Under the pieces are notes generated by a model. That model saw only the letters and a list, made by a program, of their open reading frames with translations, did not search any database and had not been told where the DNA came from. From assembly GCF_001194135.2 (NCBI RefSeq), contig NC_068981.1, positions 144,221,672 through 144,285,671 of the forward strand: a DNA stretch of 64,000 bases, in the 5' to 3' direction. Made by a program: the position numbers and the translations under genes. The stretch's first letter is position 1. Every line of letters begins with the position of its first letter. Source of the stretch: Octopus bimaculoides (taxonomy: Eukaryota). Below, piece by piece: positions 52,249-64,000 of the stretch.

Positions 52249-52899
52249 TAAATACAAATGATATATAAGCATATGCATGTATACATACATATATGTATAT
52301 ACCTACATCTTCATGTATATATAGATGCATATTCGGGTACGTGACGTTAGACAAATGAACGGGAGCATAAAAACAAAACGGACTTTGTTTACAGACAACA
52401 GAACGAACACATAGGAAAACAAACAAGCCACTTGGAATTAATCCTTCATCAGCTTAAAAGCGAGACATAGCTACTATCTCTCCGTCCAGCTTCGCCATTT
52501 CACTAGCGTTCAATATCCCACGCGTTTGGCCGTACGGCATTTTAATGTTTTCATTGTCCAATTTTCCCTGTCTTGGTTTGTGTTTGCCACCTTGGATTCC
52601 TCTGTTTAGTGAGTTAATCCACTACTCAGGAAGAAACTATTCTAAGAGTGCGTCCTGCCTTATTTTCGAAACGCCTGGTTTTAGAATAGAGGCAGCTGAT
52701 GAAGGATTAATTCCAAGTGGCTTGTTCGTTTTCCTATGTGTTCGTTCTGTTGTCTGTAAACAAAGTTCGTTTTGTTTTTATGCTCCCGTTCATTTGTCTA
52801 ACGTCCTGTACACGTATATGCATCTATATATACATGTAGATGTAGGTATATACATATATGTATGTATACATGCACATGCTTATATATCATTTGTATTTA
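52249..52899. repeat. Long inverted repeat with about 205-bp arms and a 239-bp spacer
   Basis: 52249-52454 is the reverse complement of 52694-52899 with few mismatches. Confidence 0.9.
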
Positions 52900-53778
52900 T
52901 TACATCATCGAACGCACGCGTCCATTTGCAAGTGTGTATGTATAGTTATATTTAACATGTTCATGTGCAGTCAAACATGAAAAGACTTCCACGGTAGAAA
53001 CTATCTCAGGAGAGAAATTGTTCTTATAGACTGTGTGAGAAAACTTATGTATTTGTGCAAGGAATGGCGTTGTCGGAACGTGTTAAATATCACTGTACAG
53101 AGTTTTATTTTAATCATCGCTCCTTACTGTGCCTCTAATTAATTAATCAATTGATTAATTAATTCCAGCTTGACCAAGCTTTACACTCAGTAGCAAATTT
53201 ATTATATGCTGTTCTCAGTGGGCTACGACGAGAGATTTGGTATCTGTAGTTGATGAAGCGTAACAGTGCAGTACTGTGAGTCCTGTAGTCTGATAACATC
53301 ATTCATAACCCAGGCAGTTTTTGCAGCGAAAGGTTTTCCACGTTTGAGTGTACATGAAGTGCGCGAACGTGTGAATTAAAATGTGTTGGATATAACTGTA
53401 CATAGTTTTAAAAAGACTTTTACACTGGAAGATACACCAGTATCAACAAAAATTCAGGTATACTCGGAGAAAATAAGGAGCAATGACAACACATGAAAAT
53501 ATACGATGAAGGGAAGAGATAAGATATAATATGATTCACTTTAACTGACAAGGAACCTACCAACACAATGAGAACTGTAAGTGATTGGTAAGCACTAAAA
53601 AATGCATGTCCTCCATTTCTGATTCAAGCAGCTCACCAAGACTTGTAGTTATATGGTAGCAGCATTCATTTAAATTGTAAACAAAATACTATCAACATCT
53701 GATCAACTGCTGGAGGGAAATTCTACCATTAATTACCTAAAAACAAAAATCTCAGAGCTACAAAGTTATGATTTATAA

Positions 53779-54033
53779 CAATGGTTCTCAACCGGGGCCT
53801 GTATGACCCTTGGGGCTCCATATAAGATTTTGTTTTTAAAATTTATGCGCAATAAATTAGTTATACGTCTACAATACACAACATATTTTAGCGATTTTTT
53901 AAATACAATTCCTAAAAACGTTTAATTATAAAAATATGATAGGATTTTTTAAACATCAAATGACTACGAGGTTCCAACAGAGTAAAACATGAATCAAAGG
54001 GATCCACAGGTAAAAAATGATTGAGAGCCACTG
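53779..54033. mobile_element. hAT (Charlie-like) MITE
   Basis: TIRs CAATGGTTCTCAACC and GATTGAGAGCCACTG; 8-bp TSD ATTTATAA (53771-78) and ATTTATAG (54034-41). Confidence 0.88.
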
Positions 54034-54368
54034 ATTTATAGCATGGTTACTAATAATATATAAAGCCCTTACATCCTTACTGTACAATTGCTTGATTCCA
54101 CATATGGAGAGTAATATATGATATGTTACCAGAGGACCAGAAGGGTTCCTGGAAAGGAATACACGACTGCAAATAAATAGTAGCGAACTGAACAATTATA
54201 CGACGATGATTTGTATGTTCATTCTCAATAAGTTTCAGAAGATTCAAACGTGAATATGCTAACCCTGTTGTATTTCGTCGTTGCTGAACAACTTCTTTTA
54301 GGCAAATGTGTATTGAAAACACACTCGATTCATTAGCGTAAGGAGGTTTTGGAACACACGGCGTAAAC

Positions 54369-54416
54369 CTTTGACTGACCAGACACAACGATGTCGAAAC
54401 AGCAGGTGTCTCAAAG
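54369..54416 (+). ncRNA. Type I hammerhead-like motif with a G8C substitution
   Basis: CTTTGA-CTGACCA-GACA-CAACGA-TGTC-GAAA-CA-GCAGG-TGTC-TCAAAG; all three stems pair perfectly. Confidence 0.7.
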
Positions 54417-54919
54417 TTATCTTACGCTAATGAATCGAGAGTATTCTGAACACACATTCGTCTGAAAAGAGTTGTTCTATGACAAAACATAGCATCAATT
54501 AACATATTTACGTTTGAAATCTGCCGGAAAGTATAAAGAATGAATATGAATATCTTCGTTTTGATTCTCGCAGTTCATTGTGGAAATGACGATTTTTTTT
54601 TTTATCGGCCGGCTGATATCAGCATGCATCAGTAAATAATTTGCGGAATTATGAACATGAACTGCAAACACTTATTAGATTCATTAGTCCGTAAATCTTA
54701 CACTAATGAGCCGAGTGTTATGAACACACATTCGTCTGAAAGGGGAAGTTTTACTCCAATGGCGAAATACAACAGCAATTAGTACATTCACTTTTGAATC
54801 TGCGAGAACATATTGAGAACGAATCGTCGAATCATCGTTTTGTCTCTCGCTCTTCATCGTGCACATGACGATTTATTAACAATTATAAAAGACGTTAAAA
54901 AAGAGGAAAACAAACCTTA

Positions 54920-55710
54920 AAAAGACTTGGATTGACTACCGAAAGTTATTTGAAAGCATTTGACACTTTTGGATACTGAAAGAAAACTCTATATCGATAA
55001 AGCAATACCATGCCATAACAGAATGAAAAACAACGATATTATTACAAAACAAGGTGTAAATAATTAAAACTAACTTTGTACCTCCCAGAAGAGAAATCTT
55101 CCGAGGGGATTAGTTATTCCCTCCCACTCTTTTGCTTAACTCTCTTTTAACAAACCTGTTTATTAAACCAGCACTGGGTACATATGCTTTGGGAAAATTA
55201 TAAATCACCACGACTACATAGATGACATGAAATTATTTATAGGGTATGGTATCAGATGGAAATGGCACCAAAAATCTTTCATAGATTTATAATGTGACGT
55301 GCATACAGGACTAGCCTGGAGACTCAGCCAGCGAGTGTGTGTTCAGCAAGCGCTTGCGGTGAAAAAAAGGGAATCTGTTTGTGGGCCCTTATATCCAGTT
55401 TGCCATCGCGAACCTCGTTGTGATTTCGCGCATGGCAAATGGATGCAGGTGAGATCTCGCTCCTGTCTCGGAGATTGCAATGGCTGCCGGCGAAATCTCA
55501 TCCAATATGGCGCTGACTGCTTGTGCCGCCACAGATTCAACCAAGACAGGAAAATAAGCATAGAATCAGACATATATCAAAGCTATTATAAGAAGTGGAA
55601 AATTACTTTAGAACTGAGGATATTAAACACCAAAGTCAGAGAATTAGAGCTGAACCAATCATATAGATACTTAGGAAGGGTACAAATTTATAAAATACAA
55701 AACAGAGAAA
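54920..55710 (+). mobile_element. Decayed R4/NeSL-type LINE RT fragment, interrupted at 55293-55533
   Basis: INHHDYIDDMKLF (YMDD motif) near 55200 and ELELNQSYRYLG near 55670. Confidence 0.65.
55293..55533. mobile_element. CpG-rich insertion, possible solo LTR
   Basis: TGTGAC...GCCACA termini and a sharp GC/CpG contrast with the flanks; no clean TSD. Confidence 0.45.
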
Positions 55711-55767
55711 TTAAGGTGAAGAACTATCAACCATCATCATATATCTGTCTGTCTATCTGTATATATA

Positions 55768-56960
55768 TACAAGGTACGATGGGTAAATTGTCACCATTTT
55801 ATATTTTTGATTTCGCACATGCGCGTTGTTTGTTTTTTATTTTGTCAACTACGCAGTACAGTAGGGTCAGTTGGGCACCATCTGTAAGAAAAACAACAGC
55901 ATGACGCAATTCACTCTGCCAGAAATTTGGAAATGACATGCTGTACTACTTGGCTTCGCACCGGAAGCTCCAATATGAATATTTCAGAGTGTTTGGGTGT
56001 CAATCTGAGGACAGCGCAGAGGATTCAAAAAGAGTTGGATGAGTCAAATGATGATTACGAAGGTACAGCAGCTCGGAAAACTCATTTTGATCTTTCTTAT
56101 AAGAAAAGAATTCCTGAATTTGTTGGTGAGATCAAGGCCATGATTGACAACGATCCTTCCAAGTCAGTCAGATCCGTCGCCACGGATATGGGAGTGTCTG
56201 AATTTGTTATCAGGCAGGTAATGCATGAAGACATTCGGTATTCCACATACAAGAGGAGAAAGGACTAATTTTTATCCTAAGCCATCAAGGCCAAGAGAAA
56301 AGACTGCGCTTCAAAGCTTTCGAACAAACTCAAGCATCCACTCCAACCAAACGTGCTTTCGTTTTTATCAGACAAGAAAAATTTCTGCCAGGATCAGAGT
56401 GTGAACACAGAACAACCGTTGGCTTGCCGTGTTCCCAAAACATGTACTGAGAGTGATAAAAATCAAACATCCAGCCAACATCATTGTGTTAAGAGTGATC
56501 ACTAGTGATGGTGACGGTATGACTCCATTCATCTTCCCACACGGCCTCAGACTCAACACGGAGCCCTACATCAAGTGCCTGGAGAAGTTAGTGCTTCTCT
56601 GGGTCAAGAGAGTGGCTGCTGGAAGACACTGTGCCTAGCAACAAGGCTCTGCACCATGCCACACAAGCAAGAGAACCCAGTCATGGCTGTCAGACAATTT
56701 CTGCGACCACATCACCCCTAACATCTGGCTACCTAACTCCCCAGACTGCAACCCCCTTGATTATTATGATTATTATGTGTGGGCCGCAGTTTAGCGAGGG
56801 ACCAACAAAACTCCTTGTAACACCAAAGATGAACTGAAGGCAAGGATTATGGCAGCATTCACCAACTTAAACAAAGAGACCGTCCAGAAGAGTTGCAGGA
56901 GATTCCGAAGTTGTCTGGAAGCCGTGGTTGAAGCTAATGGTGATTTTATTGAATATATTA
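55768..56960 (+). mobile_element. DD37D (maT-type) Tc1/mariner element with a pseudogenised transposase
   Basis: An HTH region (ISECLGVNLRTAQRI) is followed by QQG(D)SAPCH and SPDCNPLDY with exactly 37 residues between the second and third acidic positions. It has several stops and a 9-bp duplication, and the right end runs into a gap. Confidence 0.88.
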
Positions 56961-58920
56961 ACTCTTTAATATTTCAAGATATNNNNNNNNNNNNNNNNNN
57001 NNNNNNNNNNNNNNNNNNNNNNNNNNNNNNNNNNNNNNNNNNNNNNNNNNNNNNNNNNNNNNNNNNNNNNNNNNNNNNNNNNNNNNNNNNNNNNNNNNNN
57101 NNNNNNNNNNNNNNNNNNNNNNNNNNNNNNNNNNNNNNNNNNNNNNNNNNNNNNNNNNNNNNNNNNNNNNNNNNNNNNNNNNNNNNNNNNNNNNNNNNNN
57201 NNNNNNNNNNNNNNNNNNNNNNNNNNNNNNNNNNNNNNNNNNNNNNNNNNNNNNNNNNNNNNNNNNNNNNNNNNNNNNNNNNNNNNNNNNNNNNNNNNNN
57301 NNNNNNNNNNNNNNNNNNNNNNNNNNNNNNNNNNNNNNNNNNNNNNNNATATATATATATATATATATAAACTCAACAGAGAGGAAGTAAACCGCAATGA
57401 AAGCCAACAATGGCTGAAAATTTCTAAACTAAAATCAGGAACAAGTTTGATTCAAGCTGTACTAGGTTAATACCTAGCCCAGAACATCTACAAAACCAGA
57501 ATAGTAACGGAAGGGGAAAGCATCAAACAAAGACAATGAGAGAGCTGTCCACAGAAAAGCAAAATGGTTATAGTTTACTAAGATTGGTGAAAGAGAAAGG
57601 AAACTATTATAAAGTGATGTAGACGAGATGCAAAAATAGGTAAGTGGGAGATTGATAGCGTAGAAGGTAGAGAAGAAACAAGCAACTTGTGAGACAGGTT
57701 ATCAAGCAAGGAAACAGTGAATTATAGAGAGAAATAGAAACATGACACAGGAAACATAACGCAAGTAAGAGTGGGGAAATGAAAGGAATAAAAACAGAAA
57801 TTAATGACTGAGAAAGGGAATTAGGTAATCTGATAATCGACACATAAAGAGGGGAAGAATGTTTGAGATAAAGAGGGAGAGAGAAAAACATTGATGTGTA
57901 ATATCGAAGTGTGGGGTTGAGAAATGAAGAGGCGAAGGCAGTTGATTTTGAAGAAGAGATAAAAAAGCCATGCCAATGTATATGAGGCTAGAAACGTAGA
58001 GAAGAAATAATGAGTGGATCAATGGAAATAGTGAAGGAGAGTGAGTGATGATAAAAAAGAATATGGATGACTGAAAGAAGACAAAAAATTCAAAACTTCA
58101 GAAAAAAAAAAAAATCGGTACTCAGAGAAACACTGACTACAACCTGAAGGTATGATAGTTTGTTGTAGACTGAGACCAGAAGCAAATCTACTCCAAACTA
58201 ACTAATACGAATGCATCTGCATACACATGTGCATACGCTTGTTTTCCGCTTTCTATCTAATCTCTGTTCTGAGAGGTCAAATGAAAATTAAAGCAGGGAG
58301 CTATTAAGCGATCATTCGACACACTATAATTAACAGAAAACGTCCTTTAAAATCACAACCTGCCTTTCTAAAGAACGAAGGACTCATTGGATAATTTATT
58401 CCTGTATATACCTAACATACTGATGAGTCCAGCTGGAATGTTCTTTGACCTTAGATATACTTGATCAGCACTGTTCTGTAGTTAAACAACATCACCAACG
58501 ACAATATCGCTGTCTACTTTCTGTATCTTTTCAAGAAAATCTTTGTTAATAATAAACAGATTTCACTTTATCAAACTGTAATTGTTCTCACGTTATTAAA
58601 AACAAAATCTGTTCAATATCTAATGTGCTGTTGTTGTTGCTGATTTGTTTTTTTTTTTAATGCTGTTGTTGGATTATTTTTCATCGTAATCGTCTACAAC
58701 ACAGAAAATGATCATTAAAAAAACTCGAAAAGAATGATTAAACAACAAAAACTAACGCTATAACAATACACAAATCATAATTCAACATCCTCGATGAAAA
58801 AATCATGCAGACCGCCCCAAAATAGCTATAGTTTGAGAAAGTGAAAATGATCCACTATTAAAAAAAGACCGCCAACTTTCAAATCATAATTCTCCAATAA
58901 TTTTAGTATACTCCACTTTC

Positions 58921-58976
<56 letters not shown>

Positions 58977-59436
58977 NNNNNNNNNNNNNNNNNNNNNNNN
59001 NNNNNNNNNNNNNNNNNNNNNNNNNNNNNNNNNNNNNNNNNNNNNNNNNNNNNNNNNNNNNNNNNNNNNNNNNNNNNNNNNNNNNNNNNNNNNNNNNNNN
59101 NNNNNNNNNNNNNNNNNNNNNNNNNNNNNNNNNNNNNNNNNNNNNNNNNNNNNNNNNNNNNNNNNNNNNNNNNNNNNNNNNNNNNNNNNNNNNNNNNNNN
59201 NNNNNNNNNNNNNNNNNNNNNNNNNNNNNNNNNNNNNNNNNNNNNNNNNNNNNNNNNNNNNNNNNNNNNNNNNNNNNNNNNNNNNNNNNNNNNNNNNNNN
59301 NNNNNNNNNNNNNNNNNNNNNNNNNNNNNNNNNNNNNNNNNNNNNNNNNNNNNNNNNNNNNNNNNNNNNNNNNNNNNNNNNNNNNNNNNNNNNNNNNNNN
59401 NNNNNNNNNNNNNNNNNNNNNNNNNNNNNNNNNNNN

Positions 59437-59693
59437 CGTGGAGGGTGTTTACAAGCCATTTAAAATAACACATAAAAACCGTTAGATTCACTTCAACATT
59501 TAAATTTAATTTGTCAAAATATTTTCGTCGCTTACAGACCACGACCTGTTCACTGAGATGCAGCACAGAACTTTGTCAGTGAACAATTCGCGGTCTCAAA
59601 GCGACGAAAATATTTTGACAAATTAATTTTAAATGTTGAAGTGAATCTAACGGTTTTTGTGTTATTTTAAATGGCTTATAAACACCTTCCACG
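59437..59693. mobile_element. Foldback MITE-like hairpin
   Basis: About 120-bp arms that are about 90% complementary around a short loop; the left terminus abuts an N gap. Confidence 0.8.
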
Positions 59694-59759
59694 CTGCAGT
59701 TGTTTTCGTTCCAGCACACGATCTTAGATCAGGTCACTTGCTATGCAAGTACATCTCCG

Positions 59760-59789
<30 letters not shown>

Positions 59790-59794
<5 letters not shown>

Positions 59795-60480
59795 TTCTTC
59801 TGCCCTGTCTGTAACGCCTCCGTTAACTTAGAAATTTCCCTTACCATCTCTCACTCCTCTCTTATCACCGCCATCCATTACAAACCCACAGACTCCTGCT
59901 CCTACTTCAACGTCTTGTCCTCCCACCCTACCCATAACAAACTGTCCATCCCCTACGGTCGGCTCTGTAGTGATGAACACTAGACACAGTTCCAACTCAT
60001 AGCTCGCTGCTTTACCCGACGGGTATACACCCTCGCTGTTATCCAGAACACCCTTGCCTGCGCCCGGTCTGGTGCTCGTGCATCCGCCCTCTCTCCCGCA
60101 ACCGCCCTCTCTCCCGCAACTGCCCTCCACTTATATGCTTCCCTTCCCCTGCATATTATCCCTACACCTCCAATGTGCCATTTTGACGCGCTTCCGCCAA
60201 CTCCTATCTACCCCCACCTCCCACATCGTCGCCAGCCTACTCACCTTCAAACGAGCCTTCAACCTAAGTGACTAATAGCTTTCGTCTCCCCTCTGGTACT
60301 CAACCTAGCTCCTTCCCTTGCTCTCGTATACGCTGTCTCTTCCTCTCCAACACCACCGTCCTCACCGGTACCGACAACCGCCCCTACCATATCATCGATT
60401 GGTAACCTGATGTACTGCACCCCCTGCTCGCTTTGCTACTCCCTGTAGACTGGACAAACCCAGGCTACATTCTTAGCGCC
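59790..60480 (+). mobile_element. Decayed Penelope-like RT C-terminus plus GIY-YIG start
   Basis: AIHYKPTDSCSYFNVLSSHPTHNKLSIPYG...RLCSDE, then LLTFKRAFNLSD and NLMYC...TGQT, typical of PLE RT thumb, linker and nuclease. Confidence 0.75.
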
Positions 60481-61290
60481 CCCATGCCAACTAACCATCA
60501 GAAACATAGAACTTTTTCTGAAGCAAATTTCAGAAATAAAGCTTAATCTAACGAACCCATTATTTTGTTGTTTTTACATGAATCGCCACCCCATTATCGC
60601 CAAAACTTTCACATGAATCGCTACCCCATCATCACCCCACTTTTCTTCAACGCCTCCTGGAAGTTTCCACCGCCCCGGGGGGGGGATACTACCCACTTTG
60701 AGAACCACTGATTTAGTTGAACATCTTCGGAGCGTCAGACTCGGTAATGACACCCAGGTCTCTTACTTTTTCCGCTTGACAAGTCATTTTCTGTAACATT
60801 TGTCTTCAGACTGGCCTTGACCAGAGGCTACCCAGACCCCTGCCGCTGTCTAGAGCAGGAATTGATTTTGTCTCGCCATACTTCAGTCCTTCGCGTTCTA
60901 AATTCTCCGCCCCTTTATTTAAACCTCTCTTCCACACATTTACACAAGCCATACACCTCTTACCTTTCTACCGCTCCCTCTACTTCTTCCCCCACACCTT
61001 TTAACTTATGCACACCATGCACACCCTTCAAACAGGATAAGAAGCCCGTCGTATATATGTTTGTATTTGTGTGTCTGTGTTTCTCTCCCCATGTGACAAC
61101 CGATGTTGGTGCGTTTACGTCCCCATAACTTAGCGGTTCGGCAAAACAGACCGATAGAATAAGTACTAGGCTTTCCTAAAATAAGTCCTGGGGTCGATTC
61201 GTTCGAATAAAGGCGGTGCTCCAGCATGGGCGCAGTCAAATGACTGAAACAAGTAAAAGAGTAAAATAATAAAAAATATATAACATATAC

Positions 61291-61495
61291 GGAGTGGCTG
61301 TGTGGTAAGTAGCTCGCTTACCAACCACATGGTTCCGGGTTCAGTCCCACTGCGTGGCACCTTGGGCAAGTGTCTTCTACTATAGCCTCGGGTCGACCAA
61401 AGCCTTGTGAGTGGATTTGGTAGACGAAAACTGAAAGAAGCCCATCGTATATATGTATATGTATATATATATATATGTGTGTGTGTCTGTGTTTG
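61291..61495 (+). mobile_element. SINE family A head, young copy (preceded by the 3' half of another copy at about 61035-61265)
   Basis: A box TGGCTGTGTGG, B box GGTTCAGTCCC, CpGs retained. Confidence 0.88.
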
Positions 61496-61975
61496 NNNNN
61501 NNNNNNNNNNNNNNNNNNNNNNNNNNNNNNNNNNNNNNNNNNNNNNNNNNNNNNNNNNNNNNNNNNNNNNNNNNNNNNNNNNNNNNNNNNNNNNNNNNNN
61601 NNNNNNNNNNNNNNNNNNNNNNNNNNNNNNNNNNNNNNNNNNNNNNNNNNNNNNNNNNNNNNNNNNNNNNNNNNNNNNNNNNNNNNNNNNNNNNNNNNNN
61701 NNNNNNNNNNNNNNNNNNNNNNNNNNNNNNNNNNNNNNNNNNNNNNNNNNNNNNNNNNNNNNNNNNNNNNNNNNNNNNNNNNNNNNNNNNNNNNNNNNNN
61801 NNNNNNNNNNNNNNNNNNNNNNNNNNNNNNNNNNNNNNNNNNNNNNNNNNNNNNNNNNNNNNNNNNNNNNNNNNNNNNNNNNNNNNNNNNNNNNNNNNNN
61901 NNNNNNNNNNNNNNNNNNNNNNNNNNNNNNNNNNNNNNNNNNNNNNNNNNNNNNNNNNNNNNNNNNNNNNNNNNN

Positions 61976-62026
<51 letters not shown>

Positions 62027-62179
62027 ACACAAGCATGCACACATATATATATATACGCATAAATTATTGATTTGCCAAAATGAGTTAGGATAATAAAAAG
62101 TTTGAGAATAGGTGATGTAAAAGATATAGATATAGATATAGATATATGCTAGAGTTTAATTTCCTGCCTGCTGTACAAG

Positions 62180-62222
<43 letters not shown>

Positions 62223-63639
62223 GCACACACACGCACACGCACACACATGTGTATATATGTATGTATACATATACAGCATAACAGCTATCATGCTACTGAT
62301 GATGATGATGACGATATTGATGACGATAATCTTCACTTACATCATGAGAATTCATTTTCTTCAGGTTAGTAAATTAGTAAAGATTGCTTTTTTCTATACG
62401 TATGTATGTATATATGTATGTATGCATGTATGTATGTATGTATGTATGTAAGTATGTATGTATGTATGTATGTATGTATGTATGTATGTGTGTATGTAGG
62501 TATGTATGTACGTAAGTATGTATGTATATNNNNNNNNNNNNNNNNNNNNNNNNNNNNNNNNNNNNNNNNNNNNNNNNNNNNNNNNNNNNNNNNNNNNNNN
62601 NNNNNNNNNNNNNNNNNNNNNNNNNNNNNNNNNNNNNNNNNNNNNNNNNNNNNNNNNNNNNNNNNNNNNNNNNNNNNNNNNNNNNNNNNNNNNNNNNNNN
62701 NNNNNNNNNNNNNNNNNNNNNNNNNNNNNNNNNNNNNNNNNNNNNNNNNNNNNNNNNNNNNNNNNNNNNNNNNNNNNNNNNNNNNNNNNNNNNNNNNNNN
62801 NNNNNNNNNNNNNNNNNNNNNNNNNNNNNNNNNNNNNNNNNNNNNNNNNNNNNNNNNNNNNNNNNNNNNNNNNNNNNNNNNNNNNNNNNNNNNNNNNNNN
62901 NNNNNNNNNNNNNNNNNNNNNNNNNNNNNNNNNNNNNNNNNNNNNNNNNNNNNNNNNNNNNNNNNNNNNNNNNNNNNNNNNNNNNNNNNNNNNNNNNNNN
63001 NNNNNNNNNNNNNNNNNNNNNNNNNNNNNNNNNNNNNNNNNNNNNNNNNNNNNNNNNNNNNNNNNNNNNNNNNNNNNNNNNNNNNNNNNNNNNNNNNNNN
63101 NNNNNNNNNNNNNNNNNNNNNNNNNNNNNNNNNNNNNNNNNNNNNNNNNNNNNNNNNNNNNNNNNNNNNNNNNNNNNNNNNNNNNNNNNNNNNNNNNNNN
63201 NNNNNNNNNNNNNNNNNNNNNNNNNNNNNNNNNNNNNNNNNNNNNNNNNNNNNNNNNNNNNNNNNNNNNNNNNNNNNNNNNNNNNNNNNNNNNNNNNNNN
63301 NNNNNNNNNNNNNNNNNNNNNNNNNNNNNNNNNNNNNNNNNNNNNNNNNNNNNNNNNNNNNNNNNNNNNNNNNNNNNNNNNNNNNNNNNNNNNNNNNNNN
63401 NNNNNNNNNNNNNNNNNNNNNNNNNNNNNNNNNNNNNNNNNNNNNNNNNNNNNNNNNNNNNNNNNNNNNNNNNNNNNNNNNATATATCATTCTACATAAA
63501 AAAAACCCAACAACAACAACAACAACAACAACAAAAAGATTCTTAATATGATTTTCAGCATAAACATCGTGACTATTCTAATTTCATTCACGGTTAAGCA
63601 TTCCATTCTGTCGTATTACTTTACTTAACCTAATAGAGG

Positions 63640-63965
63640 TGGGCGGGGCACACACCGTTTATTCTTTATATTTACATGACATTTACAATGTCACTGAAAG
63701 CAAAAGGTGTGGCGAATTATATTAAGTGATGTAAAACACACATGCACACACATGAACACACGTGCACACGCACACACACGCGCGCAAAAAAAAACATGTA
63801 ATACTTAAATTAATTGACATAGCAATTTAGAAGTTTTTTCTTTTCGTTTGGTTTTTGATTTGTTAAAGAAGGAAGGGTAGTGCCCATGACATTTGCAGGG
63901 TCACCGGGACAGTGGGGCGGACGAGAGGGAAGTGGGTGTGTGAAGAGAGGAAGAAACCACGCCCT
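63640..63965. promoter_or_regulatory. Possible GC-box promoter region of a neighbouring gene
   Basis: GGGCGGGGC at 63641, GGGGCGG at 63914 and ACCACGCCC at 63956, in non-repeat DNA with raised CpG content. Confidence 0.3.
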
Positions 63966-64000
63966 TGTGGCTTGCGTTACTAAGAAGCAGCACATGAAGA

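Noticed and set aside
52660-52720. Type II hammerhead reading of CGAAACG...CTGATGA
   Set aside because: Stems I and II do not pair and stem III has only 2 bp.
55299-55904. 201-aa ORF
   Set aside because: It is a chimera of a GC-rich insert, LINE RT remnants and a mariner terminus.
58418-58445. CTGATGAGTCCAGCTGGA hammerhead-like start
   Set aside because: There is no GAAA or helix III after the hairpin; the context matches a common SINE-like repeat.
9868-63551. Long ORFs in the track that are rich in X, or in HT/CV/YI/ER/S runs
   Set aside because: They are read-through of N gaps and di- or tri-nucleotide microsatellites, not proteins.

Overview
Repeat-rich, AT-rich eukaryotic draft assembly with many N gaps next to microsatellites. 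The SINE and LINE-tail families look octopus-like, but the taxon is my inference. The one host gene I can support is the 3' part of a MINDY4/FAM188B-type deubiquitinase on the + strand. It has nine GT-AG coding exons between 5587 and 45381 with consistent phases, 829 nt in total (275 codons plus a stop), and most are too short for the ORF track to show. The rest is intron or intergenic DNA filled with tRNA-derived SINEs, (GAT)n-tailed LINE 3' ends, decayed RTE/R4-type LINEs, Penelope-like fragments, Tc1/mariner and hAT elements, and solo-LTR candidates. The most notable extra signal is three hammerhead-ribozyme folds on the + strand. The minimal one at 11013-11055 has all catalytic nucleotides intact; those at 40728-40827 (G12A) and 54369-54416 (G8C) each carry one core substitution. 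The first two lie in sense orientation inside MINDY4 introns, and the third caps a long foldback. Several long inverted repeats could form dsRNA. All calls come from reading the sequence by eye; no database search or folding program was run.
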